From contig JAVHQC010000030.1 in assembly GCA_036170915.1 (NCBI GenBank), positions 66,421 to 130,420 of the forward strand: a stretch of DNA of 64,000 nucleotides. Direction: 5' to 3'. Each line of letters begins with the position of its first letter. Positions within the stretch are counted from its first letter, which is position 1. The stretch is from Cyanobacteria bacterium auto_48_18 (lineage in GTDB: Bacteria; Cyanobacteriota; Vampirovibrionia; Obscuribacterales; Obscuribacteraceae). The position numbers were made by a program, and so were the translations under genes. This document shows, one piece after another, positions 50,930 to 60,092 of the stretch. The notes beneath the pieces are model-generated. The model ran no database searches. It was not told the origin of the DNA and was given only the letters and a program-made list of their open reading frames with translations.

Positions 50930-52807
50930 ATGTGCGGAATTGTTGGTTATCTCGGCCCCTTAAACGCAGCCCCGGTGCTACTAAACGAACTCAAATGCCT
51001 CGAGTATCGAGGCTATGATAGTGCCGGTGTGGCCGTAATCGAAAACGGTCGACTTTGCGTACTTAAAGCCGCAGGCAAGCTCTCCAATCTAGAAGCTCTT
51101 CTAGCCGACAAAAAGCCATCTGCCACAGTAGGCATCGGCCACACTCGCTGGGCTACTCACGGCATTCCCAATGATCAAAATGCCCACCCGCACACAGATT
51201 CTACCGGCACAATCGCAGTCGTTCATAACGGCATCATCGAAAATTATGAAGAGCTGAGAGAAGAACTCAAAGGCCTGGGTTATGCCTTCACCTCAGACAC
51301 CGATACCGAAGTGGTAGCGCATCTGGTATCACACGAATATGCAGTCGACAAAAACCTTTTAAAAGCGATAACAAGATCAGTCAGAAGGCTGGTGGGAATA
51401 TTTGCCCTTGGTGTAGTCAGCCAAGAGCATCCTGACCGCATCTACGCCATCAACCACCACTATTCACTTTCAGTCGGCTTAGGTAATGACGAGAATTTTC
51501 TCGCATCTGATTCAATGGCCGTGCGTCAGTATACAAACCGCGTGATCAAATTAGAGCAAAGCGAAATTGCTGAAATTACAGCAGCGAAGGTGCGCCTCTT
51601 CACCTTTGACGGTGTAGAAGTAAAACGCAGCCCTATCGCCCTCGACACCAGCCCATATGTGATCGACAAATGTGGCTACAAGCACTTCTTATTGAAAGAA
51701 ATTCACGAGCAGCCGCTGGTACTACGTCAGACACTGTCAAAATATCTGCGCCATCCAAATCACCCTATCGATTTGACTATCGATCACCTGACACCAGCAG
51801 GCAGCCAGGCTGCTAACTACGGCGTGCATTTGACCGATGAAGAAATCAAAGGTCTAACCCGCATCAATATTTTTGCTTGCGGCACTGCCTATCACGCTTC
51901 TATGGTCGGCAAACTGTTGATTGAAGAGCTGGTCGGCATTCCAGTTGACGTTGATATAGCGTCAGAAATTCGTGGCCGCAGATTGCTTTGCAATGAGTCA
52001 ACTCTGGCAATTGCCGTGAGCCAATCTGGCGAAACCGCCGATACCCTGGCCGCTTTGACCGAAGCGAAAAAGAAAGGCGCCTACACTCTTGGTATCACCA
52101 ACCGCGCCGATTCACACCTGGCTCAATTGACCCAGAATTTAATCGTCACCGAATGTGGTATCGAAGTTTCAGTGGCCGCCACCAAAACTTATCTCGCACA
52201 GCTGGCTTGCTTCTATCTACTGGCCATTTATCTTGGCGAGCGCAGAGGCACACTGACAGCAGAGCGCGCTAAAGATTTGAAGATCAAACTCAACACCGTG
52301 CCTGCCATGATCGAACAAATTCTTGCTCGCGAAGAAGAAATTCGCGACACATCCGTCAAATATGCAGAAGCTCAAGACGTTGTCTTCATCGGCCGCGGAT
52401 TGAACTTCCCCACAGCCCTGGAAGGCGCCTTGAAGCTGAAAGAGTTGAGTTATATCCACGCCTCCGGTTATGCCGCCGGCGAACTCAAACACGGACCAAT
52501 CGCCGTGCTTGACCAAAACGTTCCAGTTATAACTGTGCTTGTACCTGGTCTTGTTTATGAAAAGACTCTCTCAAATGCCCAGGAAGCCCGGGCTCGCAAA
52601 GCGAAAATGATCGCTGTGGCAGTTGATGGCGACGAACAAGCACAAAGAACATTTGACTCAGTCCTGACCATTCCACCAGTGGATGAACTCTTCTCGCCAA
52701 TGACCACAGTGGTGCCATTGCAATTGCTCTCGTACTTCATCTCTGATTATCTCGGAAAAGACGTAGACCAACCACGCAACCTGGCCAAATCAGTAACTGT
52801 AGAATAA
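50930..52807 (+). CDS. glmS: Glutamine-fructose-6-phosphate transaminase
   Basis: MCGIVG, EYRGYDSAG, HTRWATHG, SQSGETADT, DQPRNLAKSVTVE. Confidence 0.97.
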   Translation: MCGIVGYLGPLNAAPVLLNELKCLEYRGYDSAGVAVIENGRLCVLKAAGKLSNLEALLADKKPSATVGIGHTRWATHGIPNDQNAHPHTDSTGTIAVVHNGIIENYEELREELKGLGYAFTSDTDTEVVAHLVSHEYAVDKNLLKAITRSVRRLVGIFALGVVSQEHPDRIYAINHHYSLSVGLGNDENFLASDSMAVRQYTNRVIKLEQSEIAEITAAKVRLFTFDGVEVKRSPIALDTSPYVIDKCGYKHFLLKEIHEQPLVLRQTLSKYLRHPNHPIDLTIDHLTPAGSQAANYGVHLTDEEIKGLTRINIFACGTAYHASMVGKLLIEELVGIPVDVDIASEIRGRRLLCNESTLAIAVSQSGETADTLAALTEAKKKGAYTLGITNRADSHLAQLTQNLIVTECGIEVSVAATKTYLAQLACFYLLAIYLGERRGTLTAERAKDLKIKLNTVPAMIEQILAREEEIRDTSVKYAEAQDVVFIGRGLNFPTALEGALKLKELSYIHASGYAAGELKHGPIAVLDQNVPVITVLVPGLVYEKTLSNAQEARARKAKMIAVAVDGDEQAQRTFDSVLTIPPVDELFSPMTTVVPLQLLSYFISDYLGKDVDQPRNLAKSVTVE

Positions 52808-52825
52808 AGCCCAGCCTGGCTCTTT

Positions 52826-52863
52826 AAAAGGACACAGTAAATTGTTTACCGTGTCCTTTTTTT
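52826..52863 (+). terminator. Intrinsic terminator after glmS
   Basis: aaaaggacac...gtgtccttttttt. Confidence 0.8.
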
Positions 52864-52878
52864 GTGCATATTTGGAAG

Positions 52879-54171
52879 ATGATTCTGCTCCAATTATTCG
52901 TTCAGGCTTTCTGGGTTGTAGCCACCATTACTGTGCTTCTTTCGGCTCACCAGCTGGAAGAAATACATCCTGGTTGCACGGCCATGCTCTGGGCCGGCAT
53001 TATGATTTTGCAGATGAATAGTTTTACCGGATTAATCGGCACCGTTGCATTACTATTGAAGCGAAGAGCCGGTGCGGAATTATTTCTGCGCACAGCACTC
53101 TTGCATCAAACTCTCAGTGCCAAACTGCCTTTCAGATTTTTCACCATGGATTATCTCTACACGGCTAACATGCTGGTGATGGCGCTGGTTGAGCAACAAA
53201 AATTTGATCAGGCATTGCAAATCAGTCAAGAAATGCTGCTTATCTCTGAAGAAAAGTTTGGTCGCAATTCAGTAGAATTGGTCGAACAATTGATCGATCT
53301 CAGCAGCGTGTATTTAGGCATGGGCAAACATGATCAGGCCGAAGTGTCACTCAATAGAGCACTTGAAATTATCGAGGCCAAAGGCAAAAATGCTTCAGAC
53401 CGCGAGGCCAGTGCCATGGCATACGCTTTGAATAATATGGGCGTGGCCTATACCGACAGAAGAATGCCCGAAAAAGCGCAAGAGATGTTTAAACGAGCCC
53501 TAGACATCAACACAAATATATTACACGTGAACGACAATCGCCTGGCGGTCAATTTTGGCAATCAAGGCTACACGCTTCTCAAAGCCGGCAGCTATAGTGC
53601 CAGTGAAGAAATGCTAAAACGCGCGCTTAATCTCACTCGTGTTCGCAGTGACGAGAACATCGTACATGTTGCCTCTTACTTAAATAATCTCGGTGAAGCC
53701 AAACGCCGCCAAGGAAAAATTACGGAAGCACAGCCAGACCTACTAGAAAGTTTAGCCTTGCGAGAAAAACATCTTTCGGCCGGACATGAGCATTTTGGCT
53801 ACAGTTATCACAATCTAGGTTTACTTTATTTAGATTTAGACGACCTTGCCCAATGCGAAGAGTATTTAAATAAAGCTCTGCAAATTCGACAAAAATATCC
53901 TGGTGTCAAAAACAACGAACTCAAAGAGACTACTGAGGCCTTGCAGAGCCTGGCAGAACGCAAACAGAATCAAGGCCACGTGGTAACAAAATCAGCTCTT
54001 GCCACTACCAACAAAACCGATAGCAAAGATCTGGCCTTGCTCAATTCAAAATCTTCGTTGCCGTCTGAAATTTATCCGTTGCTTGTGTCTTTTGGTATGA
54101 CAGCCATTCCCCTTATACTGCTGGCTACAGGTGTACTCGACCGCATGATTCGAACTTTGAAGTGGTATTAG
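52879..54171 (+). CDS. Membrane-anchored tetratricopeptide repeat protein
   Basis: N-terminal TM helices and kinesin-light-chain-type TPRs (LNNMG, LNNLGE, YHNLG). Start uncertain (52864 or 52879). Confidence 0.82.
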   Translation: MILLQLFVQAFWVVATITVLLSAHQLEEIHPGCTAMLWAGIMILQMNSFTGLIGTVALLLKRRAGAELFLRTALLHQTLSAKLPFRFFTMDYLYTANMLVMALVEQQKFDQALQISQEMLLISEEKFGRNSVELVEQLIDLSSVYLGMGKHDQAEVSLNRALEIIEAKGKNASDREASAMAYALNNMGVAYTDRRMPEKAQEMFKRALDINTNILHVNDNRLAVNFGNQGYTLLKAGSYSASEEMLKRALNLTRVRSDENIVHVASYLNNLGEAKRRQGKITEAQPDLLESLALREKHLSAGHEHFGYSYHNLGLLYLDLDDLAQCEEYLNKALQIRQKYPGVKNNELKETTEALQSLAERKQNQGHVVTKSALATTNKTDSKDLALLNSKSSLPSEIYPLLVSFGMTAIPLILLATGVLDRMIRTLKWY

Positions 54172-54181
54172 CCGGAAATTT

Positions 54182-54862
54182 ATGGCCAAAATTCTCCTTA
54201 TCGATGACGATGTAAACTTGTCCGAGCTTCTTCAAGGAGCCCTGGAAAAAGAAGGCTGGGTAGTAGAAGCGGCGCATTGCGGCAATGATGGACTGCAGTT
54301 GTTACAGGCTTTCACTTTTGACATGATATTGCTCGATTGGCAAATGCCAGATATCAACGGAATAGAGGTCATCAAGCGTTATCGCGCCACAGGTGGAGTA
54401 ACCCCAGTCATCTTTCTGACCGGCAAATTGGAAATAGACGATAAAGAAAGCGGACTCGATGCCGGAGCTGATGATTATTTGACCAAGCCTTTTGACGTGC
54501 GTGAACTTATGGCTCGCATCAGGTCGGTGCAAAGGCGTGCAGGGGCAATTTTTCAGCAAGGTCTCTCGGCCAATGGTGCAGAACTCGATATAAAGCTTCG
54601 AACTGTACGCTGGGGCGAAACAGAAGTAAGACTTTCGGCCACTGAATCATCTTTGCTAGAATTTTTCTTCCGGCATCCTAATCAATTATTTTCATCCGCC
54701 GAAGTTTTTGACCGAGTCTGGCCCACAGAGACTGAAGCTAAAGCTGATACCGTAAGAGTTCATTTACACGTTTTGCGCCGCAAACTGACACTTGCTGGTG
54801 TGCCCGAGCTAGTGAAGACCGTCAAAGGATCAGGCTACATTTTAGAAACGGCAAAAACTTAG
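54182..54862 (+). CDS. OmpR/PhoB family response regulator
   Basis: ILLIDDD, LLDWQMP, GADDYLTKPF, winged helix TVKGSGY. Confidence 0.93.
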   Translation: MAKILLIDDDVNLSELLQGALEKEGWVVEAAHCGNDGLQLLQAFTFDMILLDWQMPDINGIEVIKRYRATGGVTPVIFLTGKLEIDDKESGLDAGADDYLTKPFDVRELMARIRSVQRRAGAIFQQGLSANGAELDIKLRTVRWGETEVRLSATESSLLEFFFRHPNQLFSSAEVFDRVWPTETEAKADTVRVHLHVLRRKLTLAGVPELVKTVKGSGYILETAKT

Positions 54863-54863
54863 A

Positions 54864-56321
54864 ATGAAACTGAGAATAATTCACAAGGGATTACTACTAT
54901 TACTTTTGCCCTTTGCCATTGAAGCTGTGCTTTTCGGTTTCCTTTTGACCTTAAACCAGAAAGCAGAAGAACTTGCAGTGGAAGAGCGTCAGCGCACTAA
55001 ATTTATGCGCTGCATCACCGGCTTATTGCAAGATTCGGGAGTGGCGTGGGCAGACATTCTTAACCGCTTAAGTTCAACCCGCCCTCACAACGACTTTGCA
55101 CCGCTGAGCCCACATAACTATAGAGTAAATACCGACCAGCAACTAAAAGAATTGAACGCTATGCCATTAAAAAGCGATCGCATGAGCGTAATTTTGCGGG
55201 AGGTTAAAGAACTGCGGGACGTACAAGCAGACACTCTCGATGCTCTTGAAGATAACAGCGACTCGTTTGCCGATTTGTCAAAACTTCGAGAATTGAAGGC
55301 GCGCAGTCTGCTTTTGCGAAGCAGCTTAAAAGTTAGCAAACGCAAATTGCTTGAAGTAAAGCGTTTAATGCAGATGGAGCAAGATCTAATTGACGAATCT
55401 ATAGCAGCCGAACGCGTTCAACGCGAAATGGTGAAAAAGCTCTTGCTGGCCGGATTAGTGGTGCAAGTAGCTTTAACTATCTGCCTGCTACTTTTCTTTC
55501 TCAATAACATTACTCGCCGCCTGAATATGCTTGTGCAAAATGCGCGCACTTTGCCCTCCGGCGAGGAGCTACCGCAAAAAGTATCTGGTCGCGATGAAAT
55601 TGCTTATCTTGATGTGGTGCTCCACGACGCCTCGGCAAAACTAGAAGAAGCTTCGCAAAATCGTCAATCTATAATGAATATGATTGCTCACGATATTCGC
55701 TCGCCTTTGATGTCGTCTAATTTATTGTTGGAAAAATTGTCAGATGAAATAAAATCGCCTACCGCAGGCGCCACCACGCAGCGGCTAAGAAATACTTTTC
55801 AACAGTTGTCTACATTAGTAGAAGACTTGCTGGCAATAGACAAACATGAATCTGGCACGCTAGAGTTGAACCTCTCGCTTTTTGATTTAGCAGCACTTGT
55901 TGACGAAGTAATTGAAATCGCTGGTCCTCAGGCCGAGAAGAACAGTGTGTCCATCATTGCTAGCGTGACAGCGGTTGAAGTCGTTGCGGACCGTGTGCGG
56001 ATTTCGCAGGTCTTGACCAACTTGATTTCAAATGCGATCAAATATTCGACAGCAGGCGGCAAAATTGAGATCACTGGAAAAACCAAAAGCAATGGCGTCA
56101 CTGTATCCGTTAAAGACAACGGCAAAGGCATCAGCGAAAAAGATCTGCCCTTTATTTTCGACAAATTCTTCCAGGCTTCAAATAGCGCAGGCAGCAGTGG
56201 CTTTGGCCTGGGTCTGGCCATAAGCAAATTAATAATAGCCAGCCATGGCGGCAAACTGGGCGCTGAGAGTACGCCAGGCCAAGGTAGCACCTTCTGGTTC
56301 AGCCTACCTTTGGACGACTGA
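54864..56321 (+). CDS. Sensor histidine kinase (2 TM, HAMP, HisKA, HATPase)
   Basis: IAHDIRSPL, NLISNAIKYS, DNGKGI, GFGLGLAI, GSTFWF. Confidence 0.93.
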   Translation: MKLRIIHKGLLLLLLPFAIEAVLFGFLLTLNQKAEELAVEERQRTKFMRCITGLLQDSGVAWADILNRLSSTRPHNDFAPLSPHNYRVNTDQQLKELNAMPLKSDRMSVILREVKELRDVQADTLDALEDNSDSFADLSKLRELKARSLLLRSSLKVSKRKLLEVKRLMQMEQDLIDESIAAERVQREMVKKLLLAGLVVQVALTICLLLFFLNNITRRLNMLVQNARTLPSGEELPQKVSGRDEIAYLDVVLHDASAKLEEASQNRQSIMNMIAHDIRSPLMSSNLLLEKLSDEIKSPTAGATTQRLRNTFQQLSTLVEDLLAIDKHESGTLELNLSLFDLAALVDEVIEIAGPQAEKNSVSIIASVTAVEVVADRVRISQVLTNLISNAIKYSTAGGKIEITGKTKSNGVTVSVKDNGKGISEKDLPFIFDKFFQASNSAGSSGFGLGLAISKLIIASHGGKLGAESTPGQGSTFWFSLPLDD

Positions 56322-56401
56322 GGCCTAAACGTAGTCTTAACGTCGCCTAACCTATATTGCAATGGTCAAGGCAATGAGGGCTACGAAATGAGGGCTACAA
56401 A

Positions 56402-56794
56402 ATGACTACAGCACAAGCTCGGTTGGAACAAAGCGACGTTCGCGAATCAGACAACTCGAACCAGTGGAGAGGCGGCAGCCAACTCTTTAACCAAGTAGCG
56501 CAGGACATTAATAGTCAGCAAAATTCAGCGAGAGTAGCTGAGCAATCAGAAGAGCTGGCAGGAAAGAACGTTTTACCATTTTTACACCTTGGCACCGACA
56601 AAATCGGGCAAGAGATCAAGCCACCAATTCCTAAGACTCCAGATGCCACACCTGGTGAAGCGCATAAAGGCGAGCATGTTGGTGCAGGCGGCAACTTCAA
56701 AGGCGGAGGTGACGTCGATTTGAAAAAATTCAAACCAAATAACGCTATTTGCGATACCAATGTGGTTTTGCCATATACAGAGCTTTGTTACTAG
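56402..56794 (+). CDS. Hypothetical protein
   Basis: 130-aa ORF with a GAGGG RBS. Confidence 0.6.
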   Translation: MTTAQARLEQSDVRESDNSNQWRGGSQLFNQVAQDINSQQNSARVAEQSEELAGKNVLPFLHLGTDKIGQEIKPPIPKTPDATPGEAHKGEHVGAGGNFKGGGDVDLKKFKPNNAICDTNVVLPYTELCY

Positions 56795-56841
56795 ATCGGC
56801 TCAAAGTCTTTATCTCACTTTTAATTCAGAGGAATAGTTAA

Positions 56842-57549
56842 ATGGACAAAGGGCAAATGGAAAAAGGGCAAGTCGATAAGCCGCAACAAACTCCAGAACA
56901 ACAAACGGAACTCTGGGATCGGATCTGTAGCGAAAACACTACAAATCTAGATAAGCCCGATGCAAAGCAAGCAGCCGAATGCGTCAATTATCTATTAGCG
57001 AAAAAGCTGTTGCCGCATACGATAATCGACGGCCTAGATGGACCAGACACTTCAAAGCTACCGCAACCTAGCGAAGAGGCGAAAGCAGAAGCTGGCAGAG
57101 TAAAGCCAGGCAGCGGATTTAAAGGCGCCGACAGCAATGAAAATCTTAAGAGTGACATCAGCCCTAAACAAGATTTGCGCGACATGAAGCCTCAGGGTGA
57201 CATCATCACAAATATAAGTGACGACATCGATGAAGACGGTAAATTGTCGCCAGAAAGCGCAAAATTTTTGCAAGATGTATTAGCCAACGGGAAACTAGGG
57301 GCAGTGGTTGATGAAATAAACCATGAATTGCATCAAGATAGATCACCCTACAGGGTCGCTGAAATTGAGTACACAGAGTCAGTCACATATGAACAAAATC
57401 GAGGCAGTGTCTCACTTAACCCCGCGCCGCTAGAACAAGAAAATAAAAGAGCGGAGTTGTCTATCTTTAGCCTTTATGAAGGAAAAGCAACCGACCAAGT
57501 ATTGATTAAACATGATCCGGATATTAGAGGTTACGAGCGCCCTTACTAA
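56842..57549 (+). CDS. Hypothetical acidic protein
   Basis: 235-aa ORF with an AGAGGA RBS. Confidence 0.7.
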   Translation: MDKGQMEKGQVDKPQQTPEQQTELWDRICSENTTNLDKPDAKQAAECVNYLLAKKLLPHTIIDGLDGPDTSKLPQPSEEAKAEAGRVKPGSGFKGADSNENLKSDISPKQDLRDMKPQGDIITNISDDIDEDGKLSPESAKFLQDVLANGKLGAVVDEINHELHQDRSPYRVAEIEYTESVTYEQNRGSVSLNPAPLEQENKRAELSIFSLYEGKATDQVLIKHDPDIRGYERPY

Positions 57550-58196
57550 ATTTGCTTCCACCTAATCGTGTTCAAAACCGCGCGGATTTGCTCCATACAT
57601 GGCTTCGCTTCACCCATCACATCGGTATCAAAAATTATGGGCTACACCGAATTTGAATCGGTTAGCATATAAGCTGTCCCGCGGGCATAATTGAGTAGAG
57701 GCATGCGAGTACGACCTGCTCCAATCGACTCACAGGGCCCGTTGAACTGACCACGTCTCTCAACTATTAGCATCCGTCGTCCGTCAATCAATGGAGCAGT
57801 GGCAATGACTTCAGCACTGTCAGCGGCACCAGAACTGGTGCCAAAATGCGGAAGTTCTTTGAGCGCGTCAACTTGCCCCTTGGCCATAATTTCGGGAAGC
57901 ATGGTTGTTTGAAGCGACTTTGCTAGCTCTGGAGTAATCTTAACGGGGCTCTCAATTGTCAGTTTAATAAGACAGTCCCACCAGCAGCCACGTCGTTTTA
58001 AAAAGTTGCGACAAGCCGGATTATCACTCTTCTCCAATTGCCATGATTCAGGTATTTCTATACTTTCAATTGCACCCAGATTAATCGATGCGCGATGGGG
58101 TGGCGTTGAGGCATTATCACCCTCTGCACAGCACGGCAGCGATGAGCACAGCAAAAGACAAACCGCAGCTATAGCCAGCAAATTTTTGTTGAACAT
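57546..58196 (-). pseudogene. Secreted protein gene with one in-frame TAG at 57642-57644
   Basis: The frame continues 31 codons past the TAG (PIIFDTDVMGEAKPCMEQIRAVLNTIRWKQI*) to a stop overlapping the convergent gene's stop. Confidence 0.55.
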
Positions 58197-58236
58197 TCAG
58201 CACCAGCTTCTTGCTTCTCTTCCGCCAGCCACCTAA

Positions 58237-59049
58237 TCAACTGTCGCTTAAAAACTCAAACTCATACGGAGCTTCCGTTGTCGTTTCTTCTTCCTGCACC
58301 GGAAGGTGTATTCCATCAAGGGTGTGCATTAAATAGCTAGCCAATGCCATCACGCGAGACGCTTGCTGGCAGCTGAGCGGAGCGCTTTCAGGAATACCCT
58401 TATAACGTTTGAAGAACCCGGCAAGCAAATCGGAAATGCCTTCGTTTTCAGAGGCGGTGCTTTCTGCACTAAACAGCGGACCACCATCAGCATCAAAAGC
58501 CTTGCGTATAAGTTCTGCACCAGACTCTTTGATATTGCCACTTGTGCGCAACCGCACGGCGTCTTCCAGTTCTTTAACGGCCAGAGCAACAGCCGCGCCA
58601 TAATGACCCAGCTCAAAGGGTCTCCAGGTGGAATGATAAATAGCTGGATGCTGCAGCGCAGCAATATAATCGCCACATGGTGGTTCAGGAATTACCGCAG
58701 CCATTTTGCGAAAGCTCGCCAGTCGCTCCAGCCTTCCACCTACGATATATGGAAATTCGTCCAGGTCTCTTTCGAAATCATCAGCCTTTAGACTGGGCAC
58801 GAAATAAACATTGGATGCAAAAAATAGCGGAACAGATTCTGAGTAAAAGCAGCCCCTCAGCATCTCTGTCGTTTCAAGCACCCATGACCAATTTTGGCGT
58901 TTCGCCTGCTCCATCATTTCGCGAGAATTGGCTTTTGTTTGCAGCATACTGCGACCATTGTGGATTGCCAGCTCGATCGCTTGTTCGACCATTTCTTTTG
59001 GCCTGGCTAAAGTCAAACCAATTGAAGGTACGGGTGGAAGTTGGTTCAT
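58237..59049 (-). CDS. Protein with a C-terminal TIGR02391-like domain
   Basis: LQHPAI..F..GHYGAAVALAVKELEDAVR..GAELIRKAF..GPL..ENEGI..L.AG pattern. Confidence 0.65.
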   Translation of the reverse strand: MNQLPPVPSIGLTLARPKEMVEQAIELAIHNGRSMLQTKANSREMMEQAKRQNWSWVLETTEMLRGCFYSESVPLFFASNVYFVPSLKADDFERDLDEFPYIVGGRLERLASFRKMAAVIPEPPCGDYIAALQHPAIYHSTWRPFELGHYGAAVALAVKELEDAVRLRTSGNIKESGAELIRKAFDADGGPLFSAESTASENEGISDLLAGFFKRYKGIPESAPLSCQQASRVMALASYLMHTLDGIHLPVQEEETTTEAPYEFEFLSDS

Positions 59050-59110
59050 AGTCCCTCTGCAGCAACATAAGGAATCGAAGAAATTTTACCACCGCATAAT
59101 AGAGGAACAC

Positions 59111-59511
59111 TGTAGAAAACTCTATATACAACTGGTGATCTACACCATAGACATATGGTTCACGCGCTTGACTAACCTTGTGCATATCGAAAATAGCTCC
59201 TGGAGGCATTGTCTAAATTGTCAGCAGATATACAAAATATTTTCATCGGGGGACTTCTCAGCGCCGGCAGTTTCGCTATAATTACATGCATAAACGGTGA
59301 GCACTCACCAATCAATAAGTTGAGTGCTTTGAGCCGAGGGGTTAAGTGGAAACACCAGGTCTGCGCAGACCAGAAACTGTAGCGATAACCCGCTTACTGT
59401 GGATTCTGACTTGAAGCAGTGAGAAATATCGAGTCTACGCAATAGACTGTCAGACGATAGTAAAAAGACCGCCGCAGATTTATCTGGGTGGTCTTTTTAT
59501 TTGTACAATTT
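59111..59511 (+). repeat. ~400-bp non-coding repeat unit, copy 1 (promoter + structured RNA + terminator)
   Basis: Aligns with 60093-60492 and 63790-64000. Confidence 0.92.
59290..59498 (+). ncRNA. Unassigned structured RNA, copy 1 (~209 nt)
   Basis: TATAAT at 59277-59282, several stems, candidate pseudoknot, terminator 59462-59498; 11 substitutions versus copy 2. Confidence 0.75.
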
Positions 59512-59539
59512 TCGCTTGTGTTGATCATGAGGGCCAGGT

Positions 59540-59941
59540 ATGAATCATCGAAAGTCTTTTACATACTTGAGTGCACTTTGTATCATGTCCGGCTTTATCA
59601 ACGCCGGAGTTCAAGCCAAAGGGACAAAGTCCAAGTTAAGCAAACAAGAACACCACCAGAAAATGATGGCTCGCTTTGATGTCAATCACGACGGTAAGCT
59701 AGATGCTAACGAAAAGGCTCAAGTGCAGGTAATGCGAGAAGAGCATAAACGGCGCAAAGAGCAAAATGCAAACAGGGGCGCCATGGACCCGCAGAAAATG
59801 GCCAGACGACAAAAAATGATGCAAAAATTTGATACCAATGGCGATGGCACTCTCGACGCCAGCGAAAAATCAGCACTGCAAGCCTTCCGAGCGAAGAGAC
59901 GCCAAGCAATGGAAAGTAAGCGAGGACCAGCGCTTAAATAG
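59540..59941 (+). CDS. Secreted EF-hand calcium-binding protein
   Basis: Signal peptide; DVNHDGKLDANE and DTNGDGTLDASE loops. Confidence 0.88.
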   Translation: MNHRKSFTYLSALCIMSGFINAGVQAKGTKSKLSKQEHHQKMMARFDVNHDGKLDANEKAQVQVMREEHKRRKEQNANRGAMDPQKMARRQKMMQKFDTNGDGTLDASEKSALQAFRAKRRQAMESKRGPALK

Positions 59942-60005
59942 AAGATATAGCCGTACTCGCTGGCGGTCAGAGCTAGCCGGGGGAGGTCGTGAACGAATAG
60001 AATGG

Positions 60006-60048
60006 CCATTTAACATTGTAATTACGGTGTAATTACAATGTTAAATGG
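60006..60048. repeat. Perfect 20-bp inverted repeat with a 3-nt centre
   Basis: ccatttaacattgtaattac-ggt-gtaattacaatgttaaatgg. Confidence 0.9.
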
Positions 60049-60092
60049 TGTTTTTTAGCAAAAAAACCATGCGCTCTAGCCGAGGGCCGACC

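Noticed and set aside
59290..59498. Cobalamin riboswitch resemblance (ggt...aagtggaa...cccgcttactgt...gtcag...agacc)
   Set aside because: It lacks the AANAGGGAA and GGUGnAAnUCC elements and a contiguous B12 box, and the downstream genes are unrelated to B12. A cmscan is still advised.
59215..59511. MITE/IS or Tn7-like element (aaattgt...acaattt or TGT...ACA ends)
   Set aside because: The inverted ends are only 6-7 bp, there is no target-site duplication or transposase, and homology extends about 100 bp further upstream.
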